Source: an uncultured Candidatus Saccharibacteria bacterium (GTDB lineage: Bacteria > Patescibacteriota > Minisyncoccia > Phycocordibacterales > UBA9973). Taken from it: a stretch of DNA of 64,000 nucleotides. The DNA is taken from contig CAZWAV010000001.1 in the NCBI GenBank assembly GCA_964631935.1, positions 291,595 through 355,594 on the forward strand. The letters are read 5' to 3'. This document shows, one piece after another, positions 38,601 through 46,373 of this stretch. The notes below the pieces were generated by a model. That model was not told the origin of the DNA and searched no databases. It was given only the letters and a program-made list of their open reading frames with translations. The first letter of the stretch is position 1; the number at the start of each line of letters is the position of its first letter. The position numbers were made by a program, and so were the translations under genes.

Positions 38601-39217
38601 CCAAATTTATAAAGATTACTAGAAGTATCAATAACAAATAGATTATTACCACTATTTTGAATAGAAAAATTATTACCACCTGCTTCTATTAGCGCATTAC
38701 TAGTAAGTGTTCCCCCCAAGTCAACCGCAGTCCCGTTTGCTGTTGTACCAGAGCCATTCGTTAATGCGAAGGAACTACATGTTGACCAGGATGGAGCAGA
38801 CGAAGTATTACCGACTAGACATTGGCCAGTTGTACCAGCAGCGGTGACTTGAATAGCGGATGTACTATTTCCATACAAGATTCCATTTGAAGTAAATGAT
38901 CCTGCGCCAGTTCCTCCTTGGCCGACAGTTACGAGAGCATTGGTTGTGAGTATTGTCGCGTTCGCATCTGGGAATGTATAAGTACGAACTGCGGTCTGGT
39001 TGTTTGTAACCGCAAATACTCCATCACCAACTTCAATCCATGGGTGACCAGGGTTTGGAGTTGTCGCAGAAGCAAGGCTTACAAGAGAAAAAACAACTAG
39101 GAGAGAAAGTACTGTATATGCAACATAGTGAAACGAAAATCGCGGACGAAGTTTTCGTAAAATTTTCTTCACAAATGTTAGGAATTGTTGATTGTTGTTT
39201 TCAAACATAAAATACAA
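32684..39217 (-). CDS. Giant (2177 aa) secreted/anchored fibre-like protein with NVGIGT-type motifs and a C-terminal Pro-Thr repeat tail
   Basis: N-terminal signal-anchor (VAYTVLSLLVVFSLVSLASA). Long Gly/Thr/Ser/Asn/Ala-rich beta-rich body. Three copies of GGNVGIGT(V/T/D)SPSAL-like motifs, as found in phage tail-fibre or endosialidase-chaperone-type proteins. A globular C-terminal region is followed by a coiled-coil-like segment and (PTPTPDPTPTPTPDPVPTPE)n. Confidence 0.75.
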   Translation of the reverse strand: MYFMFENNNQQFLTFVKKILRKLRPRFSFHYVAYTVLSLLVVFSLVSLASATTPNPGHPWIEVGDGVFAVTNNQTAVRTYTFPDANATILTTNALVTVGQGGTGAGSFTSNGILYGNSTSAIQVTAAGTTGQCLVGNTSSAPSWSTCSSFALTNGSGTTANGTAVDLGGTLTSNALIEAGGNNFSIQNSGNNLFVIDTSSNLYKFGDIDAIGNGNFFTIDDVNSKAYFTNTGSNGSFGINTATPLSSVDINGTLGAKYKYVDFDVLGADYNVTTDPGYVYNINSSVSAGFRVILPDATTVTNRIYTIVKNTSTKAVDVIDGGAGRVEDQTGALVSNYTLQPLEKISWQSNGTDWLMVHSNGGGSAANTALSNLTTTSINQSLIPNAGLTYDLGSSGAPWSNLYTGSAFIYGQYNQSSGFTTQTGTSSAFSIAENSLTTGTSMYLESTSLTSGRIIDISVGGTAAATNQTGLNIQFSGVNATGAQATYGANILNAHGGSGTNYGLKLAASGGSLNYALVTNGGNVGIGTVSPSALFSVGGGSEFQVSSAGNVSLNSANNSQTTTSSIVALNGSSLTTGTGFYAAAGNTFTSGKLVDLQISSTGSLTNQTALNILTTGVNGTGAQTTYGARISNTHSGTSTNVGLYATATGGSNNYAGIFDAGNVGIGTTAPSASLHILNTTEQLRVGYDVSNYYSTTVSTGGIVTFDGVGGNPSFTFSDLLAASASFSVTGVSSASSQLLGGSSGISAVTYKTTNAGGNVTPLISTNTIAATTGVIGVSLDNTNQLIFTATNGTNRVSRAGIQITNLTNTAGSETGDLIFLTQSGGTAMSEKLRIGSTGTLTASSLAGGGTKCLQTDNSGVISAAAAACGSGGATAWDAIGDPSTGADIAFGTTAQTMTWTATTQTGLNIINNSLTTGQELLLSHTTSVIANGGSLLKLTSTSVDTSTTTGALLDLSSTASTAGTQFLQTYSGLTTGIGQSIVVNGLSSGTGLNISSTSTAAASNTQKGLNISLSGTNATSNQITYGAYISNAHDGTTSKDYGLYAVASAGTSQNYGVYGEATINSNNNYGVWGKGHIGVSGTAIGFTSSAVGVAGDAGTGAGSAGVKGFASGDGGYAIWGSYQGSGSGVVTGYGIYGDTSNASINTTTGDAVAYAGYFNATATEVAGSNILKNIGIYVTASGGDTNYAGIFDGGNVGIGDTSPNALLTVGSGDLFQVNSSGVIAAAAGITSSGTITFSGLGGGGTKCVQTDNAGVITAAASACGSGGGLTVGTTAITSGSTNRVLYENGSNILSESANFTYDGTTLGATTASTTASNKALNIGQTGGTTGTDYAGYFSNTGAATTNVGLYTTASGGTTNLALNVDAGQTLLGGTTLSSGTLAKLNIVSTMASTGSTTAIAGIHGDYTFNNGGTASYVQVGNRFVFNNAPTTNANTMVGEVIRTVDNTSLANLVRGIEIVSNAGSNTAGTNTGIRSTGATFGVQALTNGSAGGVALPAALYAENTGTTQGDVARFYTGSMTSAPSMLQVYHDTSAFTGDALLMDMAVSGGSTSFTGNFLDFKNASVLKFKVTSAGVVSMGLSGTASTNAVCSSLANTTAPTAGTAYEIRDCNAAPAADYAEMYPVESGTQYGDIVTTGTEMVNTYDSTDGNVDWTKVKGKVTRLVKSNKKYQRNVIGIVADNYGDFTSAGHNIKDSDNPMPIALNGRVPVKVSSSSESIAPGDYVTTSDEGGKATKATKGGFVIGKALEAWTPNSGSSTVMVYVEQGFYDGQSISEFAGISVIDNGVFARQVLQKFLENGQSGNSSSSELLLDRLAAGVVITPKVVADNVEVNKISAGESKDVGLILGDNGKFTIGGQTTTPAITFDSLGNATFAGTVTAKKIQVADLAGIQAITDQINNLTQGQEAFTLTASVMNTLSGALTVVQADVAQLKADVDGTNTTVSGLVASGTDINTRLQAVEALLAANAFSALNTLNTNTLTVTGGATFSGDTTFNGLINFANNSTFNSQTEFVVPPLYNKDTAGYALVKQGDRRVHVVFSQAYIATPVVNTSVTFESSDNVDDTQATALFTNDVRFIIVSKDQTGFTILLNKPAPRDIRFSWNALSVRDPQVFQSVIEGIIIDPTPTPDPTPTPTPDPVPTPEPTPTPTPTPDPTPTPTPDPVPTPEPTPDTNSTTSA
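32694..32891. repeat. Imperfect tandem DNA repeat (period ~18/36 nt) encoding the Pro-Thr linker
   Basis: Repeating ggtgttgg(a/g)tctggtgtaggagttgg units. The antisense frame reads GVGSGVG, which is the spurious + ORF 32694..32891. Confidence 0.7.
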
Positions 39218-39460
39218 CTATATTATATCATAGTTGTACGTGGGAAACAGGCAAAAAACCGTGTTATTTATTCATTTTTATTGAAAACTGTGGATAACTT
39301 TTTCACTTTTTAAAAAAATTATTATTTTGTGATCGTAAATTGAAATCTGACTAAAACTCACGCATAAATTATAGCATATTTATGATAAAAATATGGCTCT
39401 TCCCCACTAATTTTTGATTAAAATTGTGGATAACATTTTTAGGTAATTTTAGGAGATTTT

Positions 39461-41299
39461 TTAGCGAACTTCGAAACCTATAGAAGATAATTTTTCTGTA
39501 ATATGAGACATTATCAAATTCACTTCTTCGATGGTCAGAGTGCGATCGTAAGATTGGAAAATTAATCGGAAAGCATACGATGTTCTTCCCTCTTTTGTGA
39601 ATGTATCTACAAGCCGAGGCTCACCTTGCAAAAGTTCCGTACCAAATTCTTTGTAAATTTCAGATAGTGTTTCTGCTTTCACTTCTTCTGGTACCCAGAC
39701 GGCAATGTCACGAGTGATGAATGGGTACGCGCTCCAGATTTTGAAAAAAGAATCATTTACGAAGTCAGAAGAAAGATTCGACAAATGGTCTGGTTGAGCC
39801 GAAGGCGACCCGAGGACCTGAGTCGAACTTTCTTCTGACGAAGTACTAGAAATGAATTTATCCAATGTCATATCTTTAACTTCTTTTTTATTTGCAAATC
39901 CAACATGTACTTCTTCTCCATCTTTTGTAAAAATAGTTCCGATTTCAAAAATTTTAATTTCATCTATACCAAGAAGTGGTGCATTTAGTTTGTTTAGTTC
40001 ATATGATTGTTTCAATCCATCTGTTAGATTTGTTCGCAAGAATTTCTTGTCAGACGCTGACGCAAGTACTTCAATATCTCCTTTATCCACAAAGGTATAA
40101 GTCATGACTTCTCTGTACCCTGCTTCTACTAAAATACCCCGTGCTTGTGATATCTTTTCATACACCTCGTTTTTCTTTAGATCCACAATAATGCTTGGCA
40201 ATATTGGCTTTATTTTATCTAGCCCATATATACGGCCTATCTCTTCAGCCATATCTTCCTTGCTTACAAGGTCGAGTCGTAGTAGTGGCACAAAGATCAT
40301 GTATTCACCATTTTCTTCTTTGTATTGATATCCGTATCGCATTAGAATATTCGAAATATCATTCTCTGGAACTTCTGTTCCAAGAAGTTTTTCTATGTAG
40401 GATTTTGAAAACTCCAATGTTCGTGACTCTTGTTTATTCGGATATATATCCACCACATCTTCAAATATTGCATCAGGTAGAATTTCTAAAATCATACCCG
40501 TAAGTTCAAGCATTCCAAAATCACAAAGTGATGGGGACAAATCATTTTCAAATCTTTTTGCTGAGTCAGAAAGTAGTCCGAGCCTGCGTGCAGTTTTACG
40601 AACTGCAATAGGATCAAAGTTCGCAACTTCAAGAACAATGTCAGTCGTCATATCGCTTATGCCAGAGTCTAATCCCCCCTTCACTCCACCGAGCGCAAGA
40701 TTCTTTTCCCCATCAGTAATGACAAGGTCGCTATCTTTAAGTTTTGCCACAATTCCATCGCGCCCAACAACTGGAAGCTCTACTCCTTCTTTTGCATTTG
40801 TGATAACAATTTTCTCGCTGGCTAATTTCGCAAGGTCAAATGCATGACATGGCTGACCGCAATCATACATGACAATGTTTGTCGCATCTACGATATTGTT
40901 TATACTTCTCTGGCCGATTGATTCTAAATGCTTTACTACCCACTCTGGTGATGGACCAATTTTTACATTGCGTATTATTCGTGCGGAATATCTCCGACAA
41001 CTTTCTGATTGTATTTCTACTTTCAAATTTGTCGGATTTGAAACTGGAACCTTATACATAGAAGAAGGATCATTGTATTTAATACCAAGTAACCCAGAGA
41101 GCTCGCGAGCTACTCCGTGGTGCGATAGTAAGTCATGAGCGCGGTTCGGCAAAATTCCTAGATCAAAAACGTGATCACCGTCCGCCAACTTTTCAACTGA
41201 TTCAACTTCACAAATATGATATGTGAAAATGTCAGCCAGAGCATTCGGTTCTGGAATTTCAGGCACATACCATTTAAGCCAATTGTAAGAAATTTTCAT
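39461..41299 (-). CDS. pheT: Phenylalanyl-tRNA synthetase beta subunit (shortened form)
   Basis: 612 aa. The canonical N-terminus is MKISYNWLKWYV. B3/B4, B5 and core domains are recognisable. It is about 190 aa shorter than typical bacterial PheT. Confidence 0.85.
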   Translation of the reverse strand: MKISYNWLKWYVPEIPEPNALADIFTYHICEVESVEKLADGDHVFDLGILPNRAHDLLSHHGVARELSGLLGIKYNDPSSMYKVPVSNPTNLKVEIQSESCRRYSARIIRNVKIGPSPEWVVKHLESIGQRSINNIVDATNIVMYDCGQPCHAFDLAKLASEKIVITNAKEGVELPVVGRDGIVAKLKDSDLVITDGEKNLALGGVKGGLDSGISDMTTDIVLEVANFDPIAVRKTARRLGLLSDSAKRFENDLSPSLCDFGMLELTGMILEILPDAIFEDVVDIYPNKQESRTLEFSKSYIEKLLGTEVPENDISNILMRYGYQYKEENGEYMIFVPLLRLDLVSKEDMAEEIGRIYGLDKIKPILPSIIVDLKKNEVYEKISQARGILVEAGYREVMTYTFVDKGDIEVLASASDKKFLRTNLTDGLKQSYELNKLNAPLLGIDEIKIFEIGTIFTKDGEEVHVGFANKKEVKDMTLDKFISSTSSEESSTQVLGSPSAQPDHLSNLSSDFVNDSFFKIWSAYPFITRDIAVWVPEEVKAETLSEIYKEFGTELLQGEPRLVDTFTKEGRTSYAFRLIFQSYDRTLTIEEVNLIMSHITEKLSSIGFEVR

Positions 41300-41703
41300 A
41301 ATTTTAGTTTAATATTATCTCTTATTTTTTCTAACTCTTGATCAGTAAGAATTTCAATATTCTCTTTGTTAAAAGATGATTTCGGAGCAATATCATCACC
41401 ATGATAAACTGGTACAATATGGATATGAGTATGACTCACATCAAAACCAGCAATCCAGAACTCAATCTTTTTTGGTAAATATATGTTATTGAGTATAGTA
41501 GCAAACTTTTGAGCAATAGAACTTATATATTCGAATATTTTTTTATTCACTTTCCAAAAATCAGGTTCATGAATTTTGGGAATAACCAGTAAATGTCCAG
41601 GATTAATTGGGCGTCTATCGGGAATCACAAAACATTTTTCATCTTCATAAATGATTCGATGAGCTATTTCATGGTCTTCAATTTTACAGAATATGCAATC
41701 CAT
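41296..41703 (-). CDS. HIT-family (histidine triad) nucleotide hydrolase
   Basis: 135 aa. Histidine triad HTHIHIVP and a CFVIPD upstream motif are present. It is inserted between pheS and pheT with 4-nt overlaps. Confidence 0.8.
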   Translation of the reverse strand: MDCIFCKIEDHEIAHRIIYEDEKCFVIPDRRPINPGHLLVIPKIHEPDFWKVNKKIFEYISSIAQKFATILNNIYLPKKIEFWIAGFDVSHTHIHIVPVYHGDDIAPKSSFNKENIEILTDQELEKIRDNIKLKL

Positions 41704-41706
41704 AAA

Positions 41707-42402
41707 TTAAAACTGATTCAATCTTAAATCTCCTTGGTAAAATAAGCGCACATCAGGAATATTCCATCGAATCATGGCGATACGATCGAGCCCTCCACCG
41801 AAGGCAAATCCTTGAACTTTTTCTGGATCAAGCCCGGCATTACGCAAAACATTCGGATGTATCATTCCCCCTCCCATCATTTCGAGCCACTTGCCATTAA
41901 ACTTAGCATGGACTTCTACCGACGGCTCCGTAAAAGGAAAGAAGCTTGGACGAAATTCTATTTCCACATCTTCTCCAAGCACTTTTTTATAAAATTCCAC
42001 GAGCACACCTTTCATATGTGAAAGATTTACATTCTCTCCAACCATACATCCATCGATCTGGAAGAATTGCATCTCGTGAGTAATATCAGTCGCTTCGTTT
42101 CTGAAAACTTTCCCGATAGAAATAGATGCGAGTTCTTTTATATTTTCTTTGGCCACTCGCTCAAGTGTTCGAGCTGTGACATTTGTCGCATGGGTACGGA
42201 GCACTTGCTCAGGATTTCCTTTCACATAAAATGTATCCTGCATATCACGAGCCGGGTGATCTTTCGGCACATTGAGTGCATCGAAGTTGTACCAGAGAGT
42301 TTCAAGCTCTGGACCTGTCGCAATTTCAAATCCAAGCTTTGAAAACAGCGAATATGCCTCTTCTTGAAGAATTGTAAGCGGATGTTGGCTGCCTTTAGAC
42401 AT
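41707..42402 (-). CDS. pheS: Phenylalanyl-tRNA synthetase alpha subunit (catalytic core only)
   Basis: 231 aa. Class II motifs (FRPSFFPFTEPSVEV, GGGLDRIAM) are present. The N-terminal coiled-coil extension is absent. Confidence 0.85.
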   Translation of the reverse strand: MSKGSQHPLTILQEEAYSLFSKLGFEIATGPELETLWYNFDALNVPKDHPARDMQDTFYVKGNPEQVLRTHATNVTARTLERVAKENIKELASISIGKVFRNEATDITHEMQFFQIDGCMVGENVNLSHMKGVLVEFYKKVLGEDVEIEFRPSFFPFTEPSVEVHAKFNGKWLEMMGGGMIHPNVLRNAGLDPEKVQGFAFGGGLDRIAMIRWNIPDVRLFYQGDLRLNQF

Positions 42403-42455
42403 AGATAGAATATAGCATTTTATAGTTTTTTTTCAAAAAATGTATTTTGTTTAAT

Positions 42456-42484
42456 TTGACATAATATAGATAAGTGATAATGTA
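42456..42484 (+). promoter_or_regulatory. Candidate sigma70-type promoter for the 42598 gene (TTGACA-16 nt-TGaTAATGT)
   Basis: A -35 TTGACA at 42456-42461 and an extended -10-like TGaTAATGT at 42475-42483, within a 195-nt AT-rich divergent intergenic region. Confidence 0.3.
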
Positions 42485-42597
42485 AGGCTAAATCACACTC
42501 TTTTAAAATTCTGCTTTTAAAGTTATTTGCCTTCTGCTTCTTATGGTTTATAGGATACAGGGGGCAAATAATTTTACTAACAAAAAAAATAACCACC

Positions 42598-43293
42598 ATG
42601 ACTACTAATCCTTTAGTTCAGATACATGCTGACATCGTAGAAAAAACATTAAAAAATTTCTATGCTTACAACTTAGTAAATATGACGGACTTCAATGTCC
42701 ATGAATCTATTTACATTAATTCAAGACTTATTGAAATACCCATTGAAAAACTCGCAGCGATTTATGGTTTCGATGAAGATATGGTAAACAACATCCTTTA
42801 TTGCAGAGAAATAAAGAAGAGATGCAGAGCTGAATTTGATAAAATTAGTAAAGGTATAAATCACCCTAAAAAAAGAGTGCTTAACCTATACAAAGTACCA
42901 GGAGAAAAGACAGATGAATCAAAAGTTTTCCTTTTGATATTCCCTTCCTATTACAACAACGGTTTTGATTATCCTATCGTAAAATACTTGGAAGATAAGG
43001 GATTCTCCGGATCGACGGTAATTAGAGTACCCGCAATAAGTGGCTATGGGCTCAGCCATATGCTCCACAAGCAGCTAAAGGAGAAAAAAATAAATGTCAT
43101 AATAAATTTCTATGGTGATGGTGCCAGTGAGAACAGCTGGTATGATTTTGAGCACATACTCTACTCTGACCTTAAAGAACCGGAAAAGACTGAGTTGGAA
43201 AAAATGCTCAAAAATATCCCTAAAAATCAGGTATATAGTGAATTTGGGGGCTTCGATATAGCAGAAGTTAATATACTATTACAGAAATTGTAA
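42598..43293 (+). CDS. Hypothetical protein (no recognisable motif)
   Basis: 231-aa ORF in an intergenic-flanked position. It is convergent with the helicase-nuclease gene. Confidence 0.4.
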   Translation: MTTNPLVQIHADIVEKTLKNFYAYNLVNMTDFNVHESIYINSRLIEIPIEKLAAIYGFDEDMVNNILYCREIKKRCRAEFDKISKGINHPKKRVLNLYKVPGEKTDESKVFLLIFPSYYNNGFDYPIVKYLEDKGFSGSTVIRVPAISGYGLSHMLHKQLKEKKINVIINFYGDGASENSWYDFEHILYSDLKEPEKTELEKMLKNIPKNQVYSEFGGFDIAEVNILLQKL

Positions 43294-43343
43294 GAAAATA
43301 AATTATCAGAAAAGGGTTATTGGAAAAATTTCCAATAACCCTT

Positions 43344-46319
43344 TTATTTTTTATAGATCTTTGCTTTTTCACAATATTCGCATTCTGTAGAATCCGTGCC
43401 GTATGGTTTAAAGTGGCATTCGCGCGATACCCATGTACCGCTTGAAAGTGATTCGTCATAATCTTTTATATCACGAATCAGTAAATCGATTTCTTCATTT
43501 GTTATATGGATGTCATACACAGCATTCTTATCTTTCGGATCTTCTTCAAGAAAAAGTAGTCGCGAATGTGAAATTTTTTGTCCAGAAAGCAAATATGAAT
43601 ACATCGCAAGCTGGCGAAGCAAAGAACTTAATCTTCCCTCTTCATCACGCTTCTCAATAATACTTTTTGTTTTTGATCCACCAGTTTTAAAGTCAGTAAC
43701 TACGATACCGTCATCATAGTTCTCTGTAAGATCAATCTTGCCATACATACTTAAGTGTGGGAAATTCTTATCATGATAAGAGACCGATCTTTCTGTTATA
43801 TAACTCTTGTGGATATGTGGGTAATAATTCTCTATCCAAGTACTTAAAATACTTTGTGCATTTTTATGAATTCGTGTCCTGAGTAATTTATCACGAACCA
43901 ATTCTTTATCAAGCGATAGATCAATGATGGTGGTAAGTATTTTTTCTGTTGTTTTTATTTTATCCTTCAATATTTTTTCAATACTGAAGTGCACCACACT
44001 TCCGAGTATTAGGCTCTCAGTCTTTGGAGTTGGAAGTTGGAGTAAACTATTGAAATACCATTTCCAAGGACATTCAAAAAAGTTATTGAGCAGTGTAACA
44101 GAGACATTTTTATCTATATATTCATGGGCTGTAATTTTAATAAGTTCTTTAATGCCTATAGATTCCTCGATTTGATTACTCTCTATGTATGCAAGCGGAT
44201 CAACGCTCGCAATAATTCCTATGGAATCTTCAACCGTTTTTTGAGTTATATGAGTCTCTGGAATTTCTGAAATTATATGTGCCATTTCGAGAGACGCACC
44301 AGAGAGCGATTCTTCTGCAAATGAAAGACTACAGAAACGTTTCGCTCTTGTAATCGCAACGTATAATTCCCTTTTGGCTGTTAACTCATCTTTCTTTTCA
44401 GCCATATTTTCGATTGATTCAGGTAGTGTAAAACCTTTGCGTCTACCATTCATAAGAGTATTTTCATTCATGTGAGCAATATGCACAGCTTCAAATTCAA
44501 GACCTTTCGATCCATGAAGAGTCATGACTTGGATACCACTATCACTGCCAATGATAGCAAGCGGAATATGATGACTATATGATTCTAAGCGATCTAAATA
44601 TTCCAAGAAATCTGAAAGTTTAGAATGTGGATGTTTTTCTAATTGAGCTACAGCTAGGTGTAGATACGTTCGTACAATTTCAGCATAACGAGTAATGGAT
44701 GTGTGGTCTGTCGCATTGCTAATAAAATATTCTTTGCCGATAGTTTGTATGAGTGAGTAAATATCATCACTAGAATTTTTATTAATCCATGATTCTATAT
44801 TTTTACCTAGCACCCTTATACTATTTGAATCAGAAAATAGATCGTCACTTTTGCCTTCTGCATATGAGAGCAAATCAGGCAGTGATAAATTTCTAGTATT
44901 TAAACTTCGCAAGAAAGAATGAGCCATAAGTGGAGAAATTTTAGAAGTATCGACAAATAGCAATTCTCCCAAAGCCACAGAATCGTATGGGTCATTAACA
45001 GCCTTTAATATATTTTTAAAAGTATAAGTTTCAGGTAAATCAAAGAAAGAGCTATTGTTACCAGCACTTACCGGTAAGCCCATATCGCGCAGTATCCGTA
45101 TTGCAGATCTGACATTTCTATTCTTTGGCACGAGAAGTGCGCAATCATCTGGAGCAATTCCACTTTTAATATTTTCTTTAAACAACTTCCCTGCTAGCAA
45201 TATTTCATCACGCTCGTATTCACATGGATATAAGGATATATCATTTAAGTCTTTTGTATTACTCTTCAGTGCCCCACTTGCAATGCTACTTTTTAGAAGC
45301 ACATCTGCAGTATCTAATATTGTCTGTGTTGATCTATAATTTTCAATAAGACTTATCAAGTGGGCTTTGCCAAATGTGTGCTTAAATCCTTCAAAGTAAG
45401 ATATATCAGCTCCACCGAATCCATAGATAAGCTGGCGATCATCACCTACGACGAAAATATTTGGTCGCTCAGTGTCACCCCAAATCGCTTTAAGGAATTC
45501 ATTTTGAATACCACTGGAATCTTGGTGTTCATCTATAAGTATGTATTGATTTTCTTCCTTTATGCTTGATCTTGCATCATCTGATACTTTTACAATTTGA
45601 AGAGCATATGAAAGTACATCATCGTAATCCATATAACTTTGCTTTTTCTTCTGTTCTTCGTATATGGAATAGAATTTCACTGCCTCTTTTGAGCGCTCAA
45701 GTGAATCAATTTTCTTCTCTATTTCCTTTTTTATCTTACCTTTGCTTTCTCCTCGACTTGAAATACTCTCTGGGTCATTTTTTATATCTTCAATCTCTTT
45801 ATCGATAGTTTTTCCAAAATTATCTACACTAATATTTTCTCTTTTCAGAAGCGATATTAGAGATTTTAAATCATGAAAGTATTGTGATGGATTATTGCGA
45901 GGACGTAAATATTCCCATTCATTGTTGTGGAGGATTTCATCAAATAATAGAACAGATGCCTGCTCATCTAGAATGGTTGGTATTTTATCCATATCTAGTA
46001 TTTCAAAATTCTTCTCGACTATTCTCTGTGCAAAGCTATGAAAGGTAAAAACCTTAACTTCATTTGAAGCTCCTCCTATATATCTTTTCAACCTCTCTCT
46101 CATGGCTTTCACTCCAGAGTTTGTAAAAGTCAGACAGAGCACCCCTTCCGCTCCTATATCGGTCTTTATTAAAATGTGAGCAATACGAAGAGCTAGGACT
46201 TCTGTCTTGCCTGTCCCCGGCCCTGCGACTACCATTACAGGCCCATCTATCATTTCTACAGCCTCTTTTTGGGCAGTATTGAGCGTTTTATAAGCTTTAT
46301 CGAAGGCATCCGTATTCAT
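43344..46319 (-). CDS. UvrD/PcrA-type SF1 helicase fused to a C-terminal PD-(D/E)xK (RecB/AddB/Cas4-like) nuclease domain
   Basis: 991 aa. Helicase motif I (VVAGPGTGKTEVL) and motif II/DEAH-like (ILIDEHQDS) are present. The C-terminus has the nuclease motifs GKIDL..D..VVTDFKTGG and QLAMYSYLL (QxxxY), plus a terminal Cys cluster (CHF...CEYC). Confidence 0.75.
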   Translation of the reverse strand: MNTDAFDKAYKTLNTAQKEAVEMIDGPVMVVAGPGTGKTEVLALRIAHILIKTDIGAEGVLCLTFTNSGVKAMRERLKRYIGGASNEVKVFTFHSFAQRIVEKNFEILDMDKIPTILDEQASVLLFDEILHNNEWEYLRPRNNPSQYFHDLKSLISLLKRENISVDNFGKTIDKEIEDIKNDPESISSRGESKGKIKKEIEKKIDSLERSKEAVKFYSIYEEQKKKQSYMDYDDVLSYALQIVKVSDDARSSIKEENQYILIDEHQDSSGIQNEFLKAIWGDTERPNIFVVGDDRQLIYGFGGADISYFEGFKHTFGKAHLISLIENYRSTQTILDTADVLLKSSIASGALKSNTKDLNDISLYPCEYERDEILLAGKLFKENIKSGIAPDDCALLVPKNRNVRSAIRILRDMGLPVSAGNNSSFFDLPETYTFKNILKAVNDPYDSVALGELLFVDTSKISPLMAHSFLRSLNTRNLSLPDLLSYAEGKSDDLFSDSNSIRVLGKNIESWINKNSSDDIYSLIQTIGKEYFISNATDHTSITRYAEIVRTYLHLAVAQLEKHPHSKLSDFLEYLDRLESYSHHIPLAIIGSDSGIQVMTLHGSKGLEFEAVHIAHMNENTLMNGRRKGFTLPESIENMAEKKDELTAKRELYVAITRAKRFCSLSFAEESLSGASLEMAHIISEIPETHITQKTVEDSIGIIASVDPLAYIESNQIEESIGIKELIKITAHEYIDKNVSVTLLNNFFECPWKWYFNSLLQLPTPKTESLILGSVVHFSIEKILKDKIKTTEKILTTIIDLSLDKELVRDKLLRTRIHKNAQSILSTWIENYYPHIHKSYITERSVSYHDKNFPHLSMYGKIDLTENYDDGIVVTDFKTGGSKTKSIIEKRDEEGRLSSLLRQLAMYSYLLSGQKISHSRLLFLEEDPKDKNAVYDIHITNEEIDLLIRDIKDYDESLSSGTWVSRECHFKPYGTDSTECEYCEKAKIYKK

Positions 46320-46373
46320 TGGTCCATTATACTAGGTAGTAGATAAAAACGGAAAATACGCTATAATCTAGCA

